The position numbers and the translations under genes were made by a program. A DNA stretch of 64,000 nucleotides from the NCBI GenBank assembly GCA_003208835.1, contig QCVD01000002.1, positions 4,217-68,216 of the forward strand, in the 5' to 3' direction. The notes beneath the pieces were generated by a model. It worked only from the letters and a program-made list of their open reading frames with translations, had not been told where the DNA came from and did not search any database. The stretch is from Synechococcus sp. AG-683-C23. GTDB lineage: Bacteria > Cyanobacteriota > Cyanobacteriia > PCC-6307 > Cyanobiaceae. Of the stretch, positions 43,382 through 55,218 are shown piece after piece (position 1 is the stretch's first letter; each line of letters opens with the position of its first letter).

Positions 43382-45454
43382 ACGACGGCGGCGAGTGCGC
43401 CCAACTAGAACCTCCTGCTCAGACTCAACCGTTGTCTCCGCCTTAGCCGTCACCTTGGTAGCGACAGCAGCAGTAGCCACTGGAGCGGCAACAACAGCAG
43501 GCGCTGCCACATCCGTAGCTGTTGCAACAGCGGTGGATGTTGCAACATCCGAAGAGATCACGACGGAAGCTGTCTTAGACGCAGTAGCGACGGTGCTTCC
43601 ATTCGTACGCACCGGTGCCGGTGCCGCTCCATTACGACGGACAACACCACGACCTGCACCACCAGCCCGGTTACGGGAGGAAGGACGATCATCTGGCTCT
43701 GCATCGGCCCGACCCTTGTACGTGGGTGTTCCACCAGGCGCTGGCTGGACCAAGCAGAGGATCAACGGCTCCACCTGCAGTTCCCGACGCATGCGACGGC
43801 TGAGGCCCACCTCGACCTCGCGCTGAACCCCCATCCAATCCACCTCTGGGGCCTTATCGCCGGTATTGCGGGACAGCTGTTTCCAACGATTTTCCAGCAC
43901 CCAGGTGATTTCTCGCTCAGTCCAAAGCGACATCTTGCGGGCATCTGCCGTAGTGACCACACCGCGGAGGTTCACCCGGGGCGGTGCCACCATCGCGCCA
44001 TCGGTGCTAATGGCAGAAAGAATAGTGACCACTCCGTCGACCGCCAGCTGCTGACGTTCCTTCAGGACGCGAGCATCAACGATGCCGTTGCGGGATTGAT
44101 CGAGCAGTTCAATACCAGCTTTCACTGGATCGCCCTTTCTCAACGAGTCAGGGGTGAGTTCCACCACATCACCGTTCTGAATAATCATCGTGTTATTGAC
44201 GGGCACCCCCATGGAATGGCCTGTTTTGGAGTGCTGCACAAGCATCCTGTGCTCCCCATGGACGGGAACAAAGAACTTGGGTTTGGTGAGAGCCAGCATC
44301 AACTTTTGATCTTCCTGGAAGCCGTGGCCAGACACATGAATGCCTTCGCCTTTTCCATACACAACCTTGGCGCCAAGCATCATCAACTTGTCGATCGTGT
44401 TCACCACAGAGATGGTGTTCCCAGGAATCGGACTAGCGGAGAAAATTATCGTATCGGTGGTTTTCACCTTCACTTGGGGATGGTCACCGCGGGAGATCCG
44501 GCTTAGGGCTGCAAGTGGCTCACCCTGACTACCGGTCATCAGCAACAACGTTTCACGATCAGGAACATCATTAATTTGCTTGATCGGTACAAACAGCTCA
44601 TCGGGAGCACGCATGTAACCCAGTTCACGGGCTTTAGCGATCACATTGAGCATGGAACGGCCCAACAACCCCACCTTGCGGCCATTTTTCATGGCCAGCT
44701 CAAGAATCATCGAGACACGATGAATCGAACTCGCGAAAGTGGTAATGATCACTCGACCATCGGCATTCGCGATGTGACGGTCGAGATTTGGAAACACCGA
44801 GCGCTCTGGAGGACAGAAGCCAGGCACCTCAGCATTCGTGGAGTCACTGAACAGGCAAAGAACACCCTTTTCGCCGTAATGGGCGAGACGCGCCATATCA
44901 AAGTGTTCACCGTCTACAGGGGTGTGATCGAACTTGAAGTCTCCGGTGAAGATCACCGTGCCCACCGGTGTGGTGATCGCCAGCGAGAAGCTATCGGCCA
45001 TCGAGTGGGTGTTGCGGATGAATTCCACAGAGAAATGCTGCCCAACCTTCACGACATCGCGCGGGGCGACGGTCTGCAGCGTGGTTCGATCGGTAACACC
45101 GGCCTCATCCATCTTTCCGGTGAGCATCGAAAGGGCCAGACGAGGCCCATAGATCACGGGAATATTGAAGTGCTTTAGGTGATGTGCAATACCACCGATA
45201 TGGTCTTCATGGCCATGGGTGACGATCATTCCGCGGATGCGCTTTTGGTTTTCGCGCAAAAAGCTGGTATCGGGCAGAACCACGTTCACACCATGCATTC
45301 CGTCACTCGGGAACGCCAATCCGGCATCCACCAGCATCAGGTCGTCGCCGTACTCGAACACACAGGTGTTCTTGCCGATCTCATGCAGACCTCCCAGAGG
45401 AATAACCCTTAGGCAAGGCTCTTGCTCTTTGCCGGATCTTGCGTTGTAAGCCAT
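43367..45454 (-). CDS. rnj: Ribonuclease J
   Basis: LGGLHEIGKN, THGHEDHIG, GDFKFD, TGSQGEP, HVSGH, PVHGE; A/V/T-rich C-terminal tail. Confidence 0.97.
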   Translation of the reverse strand: MAYNARSGKEQEPCLRVIPLGGLHEIGKNTCVFEYGDDLMLVDAGLAFPSDGMHGVNVVLPDTSFLRENQKRIRGMIVTHGHEDHIGGIAHHLKHFNIPVIYGPRLALSMLTGKMDEAGVTDRTTLQTVAPRDVVKVGQHFSVEFIRNTHSMADSFSLAITTPVGTVIFTGDFKFDHTPVDGEHFDMARLAHYGEKGVLCLFSDSTNAEVPGFCPPERSVFPNLDRHIANADGRVIITTFASSIHRVSMILELAMKNGRKVGLLGRSMLNVIAKARELGYMRAPDELFVPIKQINDVPDRETLLLMTGSQGEPLAALSRISRGDHPQVKVKTTDTIIFSASPIPGNTISVVNTIDKLMMLGAKVVYGKGEGIHVSGHGFQEDQKLMLALTKPKFFVPVHGEHRMLVQHSKTGHSMGVPVNNTMIIQNGDVVELTPDSLRKGDPVKAGIELLDQSRNGIVDARVLKERQQLAVDGVVTILSAISTDGAMVAPPRVNLRGVVTTADARKMSLWTEREITWVLENRWKQLSRNTGDKAPEVDWMGVQREVEVGLSRRMRRELQVEPLILCLVQPAPGGTPTYKGRADAEPDDRPSSRNRAGGAGRGVVRRNGAAPAPVRTNGSTVATASKTASVVISSDVATSTAVATATDVAAPAVVAAPVATAAVATKVTAKAETTVESEQEVLVGRTRRRRSAAV

Positions 45455-45506
45455 GAAAAAAGATGTAAGGGAAAAACTGTTTGCGTAAGCCGTTAAGCCG
45501 GACCCG

Positions 45507-46415
45507 TCAGGTCTGACGAAGGGCAGACATTGTGTTGGACAACGTGGTTCTCATGGCATCAGGTAAAGGAGACAAAGGGGGACGAGGAGCGCCAACAGAC
45601 CACCCATTGATCTCGAGGGCAGCTTTGACGGGGATGGGATTCGTGGTGGCGAACAAGGCCTTAAACAGAGGAATTAATTGCTCGTGCTGGGCGAGGGCAG
45701 CGGCAACTTCGCCTTCGATATAGGCATTAATCATGGCTCGAATCTGCGGACCGGCCACATGACTCGCCACACTCACGACGCCAACAGCACCCACCGACAA
45801 CATCGGCAAGGTGAGTCCGTCATCACCGCTGTAAATCGCCAACCGTGAGCCACAGGCCAGGCGCAAGGCGGTGACTTCCTCCGTCGTCCCACTCGCTGCT
45901 TTGAAGCTGACAATGTTGGGGCAATCCATCAAACGAGCGACTGTTTCGGCCTCGATATGGCATCCCGTTCGTCCAGGAATGTTGTAGAGCATCAAAGGCA
46001 AAGTGGGGGCCGCCTCAGCAATCGCGCGGAAATGAACTTCCAACCCCTCTTGGGGAGGTTTGTTGTAGTACGGAACAACCACCAAAGCGCCGTCGGCGCC
46101 AACGGCCGCCGCTTCTCGAGTTGCTTTCACCGCCTCAGACGTGGAATTGCTGCCAGTTCCCGCCAAGACCTGTGCATCAGAACCAACCTCTTCTCGGACG
46201 ACCCGAAGCAACTTCAGTTGCTCATCCCAGCTGAGGGTGGGGGATTCACCAGTGGTGCCACACACCAATAGCCCATCAGACCCTTGCTCCACCAAATGAC
46301 GGGCCAAACGAGCCGCCAGCTGAAAATCAACCGCTCCGCTGGAATCAAACGGGGTCACCATCGCCGTCACGATGCGGCCAAACGGTTGAGGGGACAAGGA
46401 GGGGGAAAGAGTCAT
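45507..46415 (-). CDS. dapA: 4-hydroxy-tetrahydrodipicolinate synthase
   Basis: [36 protein letters not shown]. Confidence 0.98.
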   Translation of the reverse strand: MTLSPSLSPQPFGRIVTAMVTPFDSSGAVDFQLAARLARHLVEQGSDGLLVCGTTGESPTLSWDEQLKLLRVVREEVGSDAQVLAGTGSNSTSEAVKATREAAAVGADGALVVVPYYNKPPQEGLEVHFRAIAEAAPTLPLMLYNIPGRTGCHIEAETVARLMDCPNIVSFKAASGTTEEVTALRLACGSRLAIYSGDDGLTLPMLSVGAVGVVSVASHVAGPQIRAMINAYIEGEVAAALAQHEQLIPLFKALFATTNPIPVKAALEINGWSVGAPRPPLSPLPDAMRTTLSNTMSALRQT

Positions 46416-47437
46416 CAGTTCTGAATCAGCAGTTCGGCGATCTGGACGGCATTCAGAGCAGCTCCTTTACGGATCTGGTCACCACAGAGCCAAAGTTCAA
46501 GGGCATTGGGATCACTAATGTCTTGACGAATTCGACCGATGGCAACGGGATCCCTCCCCATCACATCAATAGGCATCGGAAAACGATTAGCAGCCTGATC
46601 CTCAATGAGTTCAACACCAGGTGCCGCAGCCAATAGTTGTCTGGCTTCATCCACGGGGAAAGGCTGCTCAAATTCAATGTTCACAGCCTCAGAGTGGGCA
46701 CGCAGAACGGGAACACGCACACAAGTAGCTGAAAAACGCAAATCAGGTAATTCCATGATTTTGCGCGTCTCATTCACCATTTTCATTTCTTCTTCGCAGT
46801 AACTGTTGTCCTGCAAGGGGGAGTTGTGAAGAAACAAATTAAAAGCAAGGGAGTAAGGAAGCACCTCACTGGTGGGAACACCACCGTCGAGCACCACACG
46901 AGACAGGTCTTTGAGTTCGTCCATCGCGCGCGCTCCTGCACCACTCGCCGATTGGTAGGTGCTCACTAAGACGCGGCGCAGCGCTCGCTTCGCAGCAAGG
47001 GGAGCCAACGCCAACGTGAGCAAAATCGTTGTGCAATTTGGATTAGCAATCACTCCTTTGTGCCCATGGGCCGCCTGAGGATTGACCTCCGGAACCACAA
47101 GTGGAACACCCTCCTCCATACGAAAAGCGCTGGAGTTATCCACCATCACAGCGCCTGAACCGGTGATCGCTTCACGCCACTGACGTGACACAGAACCGCC
47201 TGCCGAAGCGAGGACAAGATCAACGCCTTGGAAGGCGTCGGCCGTGACTTCCTCAACGATGAGCTGACGACCATTCCAAGTTCGCTGTTGCCCCGCAGAG
47301 CGGGCTGAAGCCAGCAACTTCAAATTGCCGACTGGAAATTGTCGTTCTTCCAGCAACAACAAAAGTTCCTGGCCTACAGCCCCGCTAGCGCCAAGAACAG
47401 CAACATTGAGCGGACGATTGGGGAGAAATACTGTCAA
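46415..47437 (-). CDS. asd: Aspartate-semialdehyde dehydrogenase
   Basis: [51 protein letters not shown] at 47437 preferred over the track start at 47518. Confidence 0.97.
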   Translation of the reverse strand: MTVFLPNRPLNVAVLGASGAVGQELLLLLEERQFPVGNLKLLASARSAGQQRTWNGRQLIVEEVTADAFQGVDLVLASAGGSVSRQWREAITGSGAVMVDNSSAFRMEEGVPLVVPEVNPQAAHGHKGVIANPNCTTILLTLALAPLAAKRALRRVLVSTYQSASGAGARAMDELKDLSRVVLDGGVPTSEVLPYSLAFNLFLHNSPLQDNSYCEEEMKMVNETRKIMELPDLRFSATCVRVPVLRAHSEAVNIEFEQPFPVDEARQLLAAAPGVELIEDQAANRFPMPIDVMGRDPVAIGRIRQDISDPNALELWLCGDQIRKGAALNAVQIAELLIQN

Positions 47438-47605
47438 GCGGTAATGCGAACGTCTGAACTGAAAACTTTTGGCCCAAATGATCGCTACCACCCATACGTA
47501 GAGGAGGTGGTGCATCAATTCGTCTCCCCTTCACCATACCGGGCAGGGGCTGGAGCGGCAGTTTCTTAAGCTGGACTGCTGCCACGAACTGCCGTCAACA
47601 CAACC

Positions 47606-48949
47606 ATGAGCGCTGCTGCCCTGAAGGTCTCCACCGAATCCCGCCCCAGTAGCCGATTGGCGGTGACGGTGACCGTGTCTGGGGAGCGCTGCAAGGCCAG
47701 CTATGAGGAGGCCATTAAAAGCCTGAGCCGCAGCATCAATCTCCCGGGCTTCCGTAAAGGGAAAGTGCCCCGCTCAGTCTTGGTACAGCAACTGGGTGGC
47801 ATCCGGATCAAAGCAACAGCTTTAGAAAAACTCATCGATAACGCCTGGCGTGACGCCATCAAACAGGAATCGCTTGAGCCCATCAGCCAGCCCGATCTGA
47901 GCAGTGGATTCGATGGATTGCTGGAAAGCTTCAACCCCGGCGATGAATTGACATTCACGCTGGAAGCCGACGTGGCCCCAACGCCAAAGCTGAAAAGCAC
48001 AAAAGGATTGAAAGCGGAATACGAAGCCGTTGCCTATGACCCATCGCGGGTCGACAGCATGATTGATGACTCCCGCAAGCAGCTCGCCACAGTGGTTCCC
48101 GTTGAGGGACGCGCCGCACAGAAGGGCGACATTGCTGTGCTCGGTTTCAACGGCACCTACAGCGATGACGGATCCGAGATCGAAGGAGGAAGTGCCGATT
48201 CAATGGATGTAGATCTCGACAACGGCCGCATGATCCCCGGTTTCATCGAAGGCGTGATTGGCATGAACGTAGGCGAGAACAAGTCTGTGGATTGCCAATT
48301 CCCAGAGGACTACCCAAAGGACGATGCACGGGGTCGGAAGGCAACCTTTGCGATTGAGCTCAAAGACCTCAAAACCCGCGAGTTGCCCGAACTCGACGAT
48401 GCCTTTGCCAAGCAAGCCAGCGAGAAGGAAACCATGGCGGACCTCCGCAAAGATCTCGAGCAACGCCTCAAGGACGATGTCGAACGCCGCCAAACCAGCA
48501 ATCGCCACGATGGCTTGGTTAAAGCCTTGGTGGATCAACTGGAGGTGGAACTACCTGAAGCCTTAATCCAACAAGAGAGCCGCAATTTGGTGGAACAAAC
48601 CGCTGCTCAATTTGCTCAACAAGGCATGGATGTGAAATCACTGTTCACACCAGACTTGATCCGCAATCTGATGCAGAACTCCCGTCCTGAAGCCGAGGAG
48701 CGCCTCCGTCGCAGCTTCGCGCTCACCGCTCTGGCGGAAGCCGAAGACATCAAGTTGGACGACAGCGCCATCGACACCAAGCTGGATGAGGTGAAAAAAG
48801 ACTTGTCTGCTGATGCCAAGGTGGATTCTGAGCGTCTTCGGCAGGCCGTGATGGACGACCTCATGCAAGAACAGCTGATGAGCTGGCTTGAAACCAACAG
48901 CACACTGACCGAAAAAGCTCCGGAACCGGATTCGGACACCAAGCGCTGA
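47606..48949 (+). CDS. tig: Trigger factor
   Basis: PGFRKGKVP ribosome-binding signature, FKBP-like MIPGF, FPEDY. Confidence 0.97.
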   Translation: MSAAALKVSTESRPSSRLAVTVTVSGERCKASYEEAIKSLSRSINLPGFRKGKVPRSVLVQQLGGIRIKATALEKLIDNAWRDAIKQESLEPISQPDLSSGFDGLLESFNPGDELTFTLEADVAPTPKLKSTKGLKAEYEAVAYDPSRVDSMIDDSRKQLATVVPVEGRAAQKGDIAVLGFNGTYSDDGSEIEGGSADSMDVDLDNGRMIPGFIEGVIGMNVGENKSVDCQFPEDYPKDDARGRKATFAIELKDLKTRELPELDDAFAKQASEKETMADLRKDLEQRLKDDVERRQTSNRHDGLVKALVDQLEVELPEALIQQESRNLVEQTAAQFAQQGMDVKSLFTPDLIRNLMQNSRPEAEERLRRSFALTALAEAEDIKLDDSAIDTKLDEVKKDLSADAKVDSERLRQAVMDDLMQEQLMSWLETNSTLTEKAPEPDSDTKR

Positions 48950-48992
48950 GCTGCACCCATAGATTGTGTCCACTTCCTTGGACATCGAGCGC

Positions 48993-49649
48993 GTGATCGA
49001 CGCCCGCAGTCACCACCCCATCCAAAATCGCTGGCGGTCCGAGATGCCCATCTCGGCCCCTGGCCCTTTACCAACCGTTGTTGAGCAGTCCGGTCGAGGC
49101 GACCGCGCCTTCGACATTTATTCACGGCTGCTCCGTGAACGAATCATTTTTTTAGGAACCGGCGTTGACGACGCAGTCGCCGATGCCCTAGTGGCCCAGA
49201 TGCTGTTTCTGGAAGCAGAGGATCCAGAAAAAGACATCCAGATCTACGTCAACTCCCCGGGTGGCTCAGTCACCGCTGGTTTGGCGATCTACGACACGAT
49301 GCAGCAGGTAGCACCTGACGTGGTGACCATCTGTTATGGCCTGGCAGCCAGCATGGGTGCCTTTCTGCTCTCAGGCGGAACCAAAGGCAAGCGTTTGGCA
49401 CTTCCCAATGCGCGGATCATGATCCACCAGCCCCTCGGCGGAGCCCAAGGTCAGGCCGTTGATATTGAAATCCAAGCCAAAGAGATCCTTTTTCTTAAAG
49501 AAACCCTGAATGGATTGATGGCTGAACACACGGGCCAACCGCTCGACAAAATTTCAGAAGACACTGACCGCGACTACTTCCTTTCCCCGGCAGAAGCGGT
49601 TGAATACGGATTGATCGATCGGGTGGTTGACAGTTCCAGAGACGGATGA
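48993..49649 (+). CDS. clpP: ATP-dependent Clp protease proteolytic subunit
   Basis: [31 protein letters not shown]. Start uncertain. Confidence 0.97.
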   Translation: MIDARSHHPIQNRWRSEMPISAPGPLPTVVEQSGRGDRAFDIYSRLLRERIIFLGTGVDDAVADALVAQMLFLEAEDPEKDIQIYVNSPGGSVTAGLAIYDTMQQVAPDVVTICYGLAASMGAFLLSGGTKGKRLALPNARIMIHQPLGGAQGQAVDIEIQAKEILFLKETLNGLMAEHTGQPLDKISEDTDRDYFLSPAEAVEYGLIDRVVDSSRDG

Positions 49650-49755
49650 ATCGTTACGGACGGCTGACAGAACGCCTTTCGCTTTCGATGCTGAGTACTC
49701 AGGGCAATCCACCTGGTCGTGTCCTGAACTTCCCAATTGAGGTGACAGGCGTTCG

Positions 49756-51108
49756 ATGGCCAAATTCGATGCTCATCTGAAGTGCTCGTTCTGCGGTAAG
49801 TCGCAGGATCAAGTGCGCAAGTTGATCGCCGGTCCTGGGGTCTACATCTGCGATGAGTGCATCGATCTCTGCAATGAGATCCTCGACGAGGAATTGGTCG
49901 ACAGCCAGGGCAATCCACGTCCAGGCACTGAGCCCAGTCGCAAAGCGGCCACTGCAGAACGCAAAACGAGCAAACCGGCTCCAACGCTGGCCTCAATCCC
50001 CAAACCCCTCGACATCAAAAACTTTCTCGACCAACAGGTGGTTGGTCAGAACGCAGCCAAAAAAGTGATGTCTGTAGCGGTGTACAACCACTACAAACGT
50101 TTGGCGTGGCAAGGTGATGGGCAGGGCGAAACGGAAGAAACCGCCACCCGTCTGCACAAAAGCAACATCCTCCTCATTGGTCCAACGGGATGCGGAAAAA
50201 CTCTGCTCGCGCAGACCCTGGCGGAAATGCTCGATGTTCCCTTTGCCGTGGCGGACGCCACCACCCTCACGGAGGCCGGGTACGTCGGAGAAGATGTCGA
50301 GAATATTCTCTTACGGCTGCTCCAAAAAGCCGACATGGACGTGGATCAAGCCCAGCGCGGCATCATTTATATCGACGAAATCGACAAAATCGCTCGTAAA
50401 AGCGAAAACCCCTCGATCACCCGTGACGTATCAGGAGAGGGGGTTCAGCAAGCGCTCCTCAAAATGCTCGAGGGAACCGTGGCGAACGTGCCACCTCAAG
50501 GTGGCCGAAAGCACCCTTATCAAGACTGCATTCAGATCGACACCAGCCAAATATTGTTCATCTGCGGTGGTGCATTTGTTGGCTTAGAGGATGTTGTCCA
50601 AAAACGCATGGGGCGTAATGCGATCGGCTTCATGCCACCCGCCGATAGCCGCGGCCGCAGTCGCGCCAATCGAGATCTGCAAGCCGCCCAGGTGTTGCGA
50701 AATCTCGAACCAGACGACCTCGTTAAATACGGCCTCATCCCAGAATTTATTGGACGTATTCCAGTGAATGCAGTCCTCGAACCATTGGATGAAAAGACCT
50801 TGGAATTAATCCTTACCGAACCACGGGATGCACTGGTGAAGCAGTTCCGCACTCTTCTAAGCATGGACAACGTGCAGCTGCAATTTGCTGATGATGCAAT
50901 CACTGCCATTGCTCAAGAAGCACACCGCCGCAAGACCGGAGCTCGCGCTTTGAGAGGCATTATCGAAGAAATTATGCTTGATTTGATGTACGATCTTCCT
51001 TCACAATCGTCTGTAAAAGACTTGACCGTGACCCGGGCAATGGTGGATGAGCACACAGGTGGAAAGGTTCTCCCACTACCTGGTACTGATCAACAGAAGA
51101 CTGCCTGA
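49756..51108 (+). CDS. clpX: Clp protease ATP-binding subunit ClpX
   Basis: CSFC...CDEC zinc finger, [24 protein letters not shown] loop, GARALR. Confidence 0.99.
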   Translation: MAKFDAHLKCSFCGKSQDQVRKLIAGPGVYICDECIDLCNEILDEELVDSQGNPRPGTEPSRKAATAERKTSKPAPTLASIPKPLDIKNFLDQQVVGQNAAKKVMSVAVYNHYKRLAWQGDGQGETEETATRLHKSNILLIGPTGCGKTLLAQTLAEMLDVPFAVADATTLTEAGYVGEDVENILLRLLQKADMDVDQAQRGIIYIDEIDKIARKSENPSITRDVSGEGVQQALLKMLEGTVANVPPQGGRKHPYQDCIQIDTSQILFICGGAFVGLEDVVQKRMGRNAIGFMPPADSRGRSRANRDLQAAQVLRNLEPDDLVKYGLIPEFIGRIPVNAVLEPLDEKTLELILTEPRDALVKQFRTLLSMDNVQLQFADDAITAIAQEAHRRKTGARALRGIIEEIMLDLMYDLPSQSSVKDLTVTRAMVDEHTGGKVLPLPGTDQQKTA

Positions 51109-51188
51109 TGCCTTGATCTCTCAGCAAATCCTCAGCCGTATAAAATTCTGGACGCATAAAGTTATTGAGTTAGCGTCGCATAGAAATC

Positions 51189-52517
51189 ATGAGAAAGATT
51201 GAACCAAAATTCCTCATCAGCGAAGATCTCGCAGACATCACGAAAGAAATCCTAAAAGAAGATCAAGTTATCGACATTTATTTGCACAATGAAATCGGAA
51301 CAACTGTTATTTTAGGTGGAAACTTTGGATCGCAAGAGATCATTACTGTGCAATGGCCCTTTGAGGACGAACAGTTTATCAAAAATATTCTTACTCAGCT
51401 AGACGATACCATAGATCTCGACTTTCAATTCACAAATAATCAATCTGCAGCAGATCTTGCAATATTTCTAGATACTGAAATTACAATAGATAGCGCCGGA
51501 GACACCCTTGGCCTTGCCATCAGCAATACCAACGATAGCGACAATTATTCCTGGGAGATTTTTATAAACAAACCTCAATTTAATGGAGATAACAACTACT
51601 TTCGTTATGCCCTAATTCATGAAATTGGTCACACTCTTGGCCTAGAGCATCCGTTTGAGAACAACGACGGAGATGTCGTTGATGGAATCACTGATCCATG
51701 GGAAAGCCTCTTCCCAGAAGACACTGTAATGGCCTATAGAACTCCATCCAATCAACTCTGGCCGAATGACTTCACCGCTAATGACAATGCAGCTCTGATT
51801 GCACTTTGGGGAAGAGAAGCAACCGCTGATACAAAAGAAAGTGGATTAACACCACGACTATTGAATAATAGTTCCAATCGATTCAAGGGTACAACTCAAG
51901 CTGATTGGATCATTGGAAATCGTGGGAATGACACGATCAGGGCAGGCGAAGGAACTGATTATATTGAAGGAGGCTTGGGAGATGACCACCTACTTGGAAA
52001 TAGTGGAGTTGATCGAATTAATGGTGATGACGGAGATGATGTTATTTGGGGGGGAAAAGGGAATGATGACCTGGCTGGAAATGCTGGAAATGACTACATC
52101 AATGGCGACCTAGGAGATGACATCATTTACGGAGGGAGAGGGTCCGACACAATTTCTGGAGGAGATGGCGCTGATGAGCTTTATGGAAATTCAGGACAAA
52201 ACGTATTCTCAAATTCGGCGGACGGATCGATTGACATCATTTACATCCGATGCAATAGACGAAAACCAGGCAGGAACCGTCGCAAAAAAAATAAAGCATC
52301 CAATAAAAATTTTGACATCATCGACGAGCTAGATATCAATGATCAGATCAATTTGATCGGCACCAAAACAAAACAAATCTCGATACAAGCAACAACAACT
52401 CTTGGATTGAATGGTCTAGGAATTATATCTAACGGATCCCTCCAAGCTCTCTATTTAGGAGACAACATGTCATCTAAGCAGTTGCTCAACATGACCACAG
52501 GAACATTCAATCAGTAG
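51189..52517 (+). CDS. Metzincin (M10/serralysin-like) zinc protease with RTX calcium-binding repeats
   Basis: HEIGHTLGLEHP zinc motif, TVMAY Met-turn, GGxGxD repeats; AT-rich. Confidence 0.88.
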   Translation: MRKIEPKFLISEDLADITKEILKEDQVIDIYLHNEIGTTVILGGNFGSQEIITVQWPFEDEQFIKNILTQLDDTIDLDFQFTNNQSAADLAIFLDTEITIDSAGDTLGLAISNTNDSDNYSWEIFINKPQFNGDNNYFRYALIHEIGHTLGLEHPFENNDGDVVDGITDPWESLFPEDTVMAYRTPSNQLWPNDFTANDNAALIALWGREATADTKESGLTPRLLNNSSNRFKGTTQADWIIGNRGNDTIRAGEGTDYIEGGLGDDHLLGNSGVDRINGDDGDDVIWGGKGNDDLAGNAGNDYINGDLGDDIIYGGRGSDTISGGDGADELYGNSGQNVFSNSADGSIDIIYIRCNRRKPGRNRRKKNKASNKNFDIIDELDINDQINLIGTKTKQISIQATTTLGLNGLGIISNGSLQALYLGDNMSSKQLLNMTTGTFNQ

Positions 52518-52652
52518 GAGCAAATTCTACCCAGCTTGGACGAGCGACATGAACTGACTATCAACCGCTTCCTGTTCTCGAAACAATCCATCAACGAAGG
52601 GCTCGCGTCGCAATCAGTTTTAAATAAAATCTGAACTCATTCTTTTCACCAC

Positions 52653-53288
52653 TTGGCCGCTGCTGACCACTTACAGGTCCCACGTCGGCATGGCCTGTTT
52701 AACCACCACGGCATCGACCTTGGAGACGGCACCGTCGCCCATTATTTGGAAGGGCGCGAAATTTTGCGCAGCCCCTTCGCAGATTTCAGCCAAGGAGAGG
52801 TGATAAGCGTTACGGAACACGCCGATGCTTCTCCTGCAGGAGTCACCCTTCGCCGAGCCATGAGCCGACTTGGCGAACAGAACTACAACCTGCTCTTCAA
52901 CAACTGCGAGCATTTCGCCACTTGGTGCAAAACCGGACGACACCGCAGCGTGCAGGTGGACGCAGTCATTGATCGTGCCCGCCAATGGAGTCGGCACATG
53001 CCATCAGCCCTTCTGAGCGGTCTGGATCTCTTGGTACGGCGGGGCCTGTTGGATGACAACAGCCGGCAGATTGCCAGCCGAGGGCTAGCGAAACTAGAAC
53101 AATTGCGCCAGAAATTGCTGCAGAAGCTCGAAGCCCTTCTTCAGCAAATCGACAACGATGGCAACAAGAAGCTTTTGCTCACGGGACAGAGCCTTGCCGA
53201 TGAACTCGCTGCGGTGGAAGACCTACAAAAGAAAATCGATGCCCTCTTGAATCAACCACCCAAGCTTCCTGGCTCCAAGGCTGAGTAG
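52653..53288 (+). CDS. LRAT / NC-domain protein
   Basis: HHGIDLGDGTVAH and YNLLFNNCEHFATWC motifs with a C-terminal coiled coil. Confidence 0.9.
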   Translation: MAAADHLQVPRRHGLFNHHGIDLGDGTVAHYLEGREILRSPFADFSQGEVISVTEHADASPAGVTLRRAMSRLGEQNYNLLFNNCEHFATWCKTGRHRSVQVDAVIDRARQWSRHMPSALLSGLDLLVRRGLLDDNSRQIASRGLAKLEQLRQKLLQKLEALLQQIDNDGNKKLLLTGQSLADELAAVEDLQKKIDALLNQPPKLPGSKAE

Positions 53289-53311
53289 CCTCGCCTCAAC
53301 GCTCGCAGCGC

Positions 53312-55177
53312 ATGAGTTCCAACTACCAGCCGCTGCACCATAAATACCGTCCGCAACGCTTTGATCAGCTTGTTGGCCAGGAAGCCATTACTGCCACCCT
53401 CGGCAAGGCGCTGACCAGCAACAGGATCGCGCCGGCTTACCTGTTCAGCGGCCCCCGTGGTACGGGCAAAACATCCAGTGCGCGAATTTTGGCGCGCTCA
53501 TTGAACTGTCAAAACAGTGATGGGCCAACGCCGGAACCCTGCGGGACTTGCGATCTGTGCCGCACAATCGCTTCTGGCACAGCCCTCGATGTGATCGAAA
53601 TTGATGCCGCCTCCAATACCGGCGTCGACAACATCCGGGAGCTGATCGAACGGTCGCGATTTGCACCGGTTCAAGCCCGCTGGAAGGTGTACGTGGTGGA
53701 TGAGTGCCACATGCTCTCCACTGCAGCCTTTAATGCTCTGCTCAAGACGTTGGAAGAGCCACCCCCACAAGTGGTGTTCGTCTTAGCCACCACCGATCCC
53801 CAACGGGTCCTACCCACCATTCTCAGCCGCTGCCAACGCTTCGATTTTCGACGGATTCCCATCGAGGCACTTGAACAGCACCTCACCTGGATTGCCGAAC
53901 AGGAATCCATCGCCATCCAACCCGAAGCCATCCACGTCGTTGCACAACGGTCACAAGGGGGATTACGTGATGCCGAAAGCCTGCTGGATCAACTCAGCCT
54001 GCTACCGCCCCCGATTGAAGCGAATGCCGTTTGGGATCTGCTAGGGGCGGTGCCCGAACAAGAGCTCTTAGCGCTGGCGCAGGCCATGACCAGCTCAGAG
54101 CCCGTAGCCCTGCTGGAAGCCACCCGCAACCTGCTAGACCGAGGCAGAGATCCAGGTGCCGTCCTGCAAGGACTCGCGGGTGTGCTGAGGGATTTGGTGC
54201 TGATGGCCGCCGCACCCGATCGTCCAGAGCTCACGAGCGTGTCGCCCCAGTTTCGCGATCAGCTGCCTGAACTTGCCAAAAGCATCGGCCGTTCGCGGCT
54301 GTTGCAGTGGCAAGCACAACTACGCGGAGCTGAACAGCAGTTGCGTCAAAGCGTGCAACCCCGCCTATGGCTGGAAGTGCTGTTGCTGGGGCTTTTAGCG
54401 GAGCCAATCTCGTCCTCCACGACAACCGCAACAAGAACTCCCCAATCCCCAAAAGCCGCTGCAGCAGCTCCAACTCCGGCAGCAACTCCGATAGTCGCCT
54501 CAATCGCGACAGCACCACCGGAGCCCGTCCCATCATCAGCACAGGTGAAGGCCCCAGAACTTCCAGCTGTGGCGGTGGCAACTCCAACCCCACCAGCCGT
54601 TAGTACAAACCTGCCAGAACTTTGGCAACAAATCTTGGGAAGCCTTGAATTGCCTTCAACTCGCATGCTGCTGTCCCAGCAGGCTCAATTGGTGCGTCTA
54701 GATGCCAATCGCGCTGTTGTGCAAGTAGCAGGCAATTGGATGGGCATGGTGCAAAGTCGCGCCAGCTTGCTGGAACAGGCAGTGGCCAAGGCCTTAGGCG
54801 GGTCGCGTCAGTTGATCATCGAAGCCAGCACGAGTGCTATCGCTGCCCCCGCAGCGCCAGCTGCGCCCGTCGTGCAACCGGCAGCCCCAGCGCCTGTTGA
54901 AACTGAGACCCCTCAACTCCCCAAAACAGCCGTTATTCCAGCTGTCGTCGATGCACCAACGCCAGTTCCACCAGCAGCTCCTTCTCCACTAACTCCAGCC
55001 AAGCGGGCTCCACCCAAAACAGTTCAAGCGCAACCATCGAGTGCCGACATACCTCCAGCTCCGGCACAAAACCCTGCCGATACAAGCCCACCATCAGGTC
55101 TCGACCGACAAGCCAAAAATCTGGCTGACTTCTTTAATGGCCAGGTGCTGGACGTGGATACCGACGGGATTGGTTAA
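53312..55177 (+). CDS. dnaX: DNA polymerase III gamma/tau
   Basis: KYRPQ, GPRGTGKT, EIDAAS, DECHMLS, SRCQRF, GGLRDA. Confidence 0.98.
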   Translation: MSSNYQPLHHKYRPQRFDQLVGQEAITATLGKALTSNRIAPAYLFSGPRGTGKTSSARILARSLNCQNSDGPTPEPCGTCDLCRTIASGTALDVIEIDAASNTGVDNIRELIERSRFAPVQARWKVYVVDECHMLSTAAFNALLKTLEEPPPQVVFVLATTDPQRVLPTILSRCQRFDFRRIPIEALEQHLTWIAEQESIAIQPEAIHVVAQRSQGGLRDAESLLDQLSLLPPPIEANAVWDLLGAVPEQELLALAQAMTSSEPVALLEATRNLLDRGRDPGAVLQGLAGVLRDLVLMAAAPDRPELTSVSPQFRDQLPELAKSIGRSRLLQWQAQLRGAEQQLRQSVQPRLWLEVLLLGLLAEPISSSTTTATRTPQSPKAAAAAPTPAATPIVASIATAPPEPVPSSAQVKAPELPAVAVATPTPPAVSTNLPELWQQILGSLELPSTRMLLSQQAQLVRLDANRAVVQVAGNWMGMVQSRASLLEQAVAKALGGSRQLIIEASTSAIAAPAAPAAPVVQPAAPAPVETETPQLPKTAVIPAVVDAPTPVPPAAPSPLTPAKRAPPKTVQAQPSSADIPPAPAQNPADTSPPSGLDRQAKNLADFFNGQVLDVDTDGIG

Positions 55178-55218
55178 GCAGCCATCCAATCGCCCTTAAA
55201 AGTCCAAAAGAGAAGCGT

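Noticed and set aside
53312-55177. Programmed frameshift or intein in dnaX; P/A-rich repeats
   Set aside because: No slippery A-run or intein motifs seen; the low-complexity linker is normal for tau.
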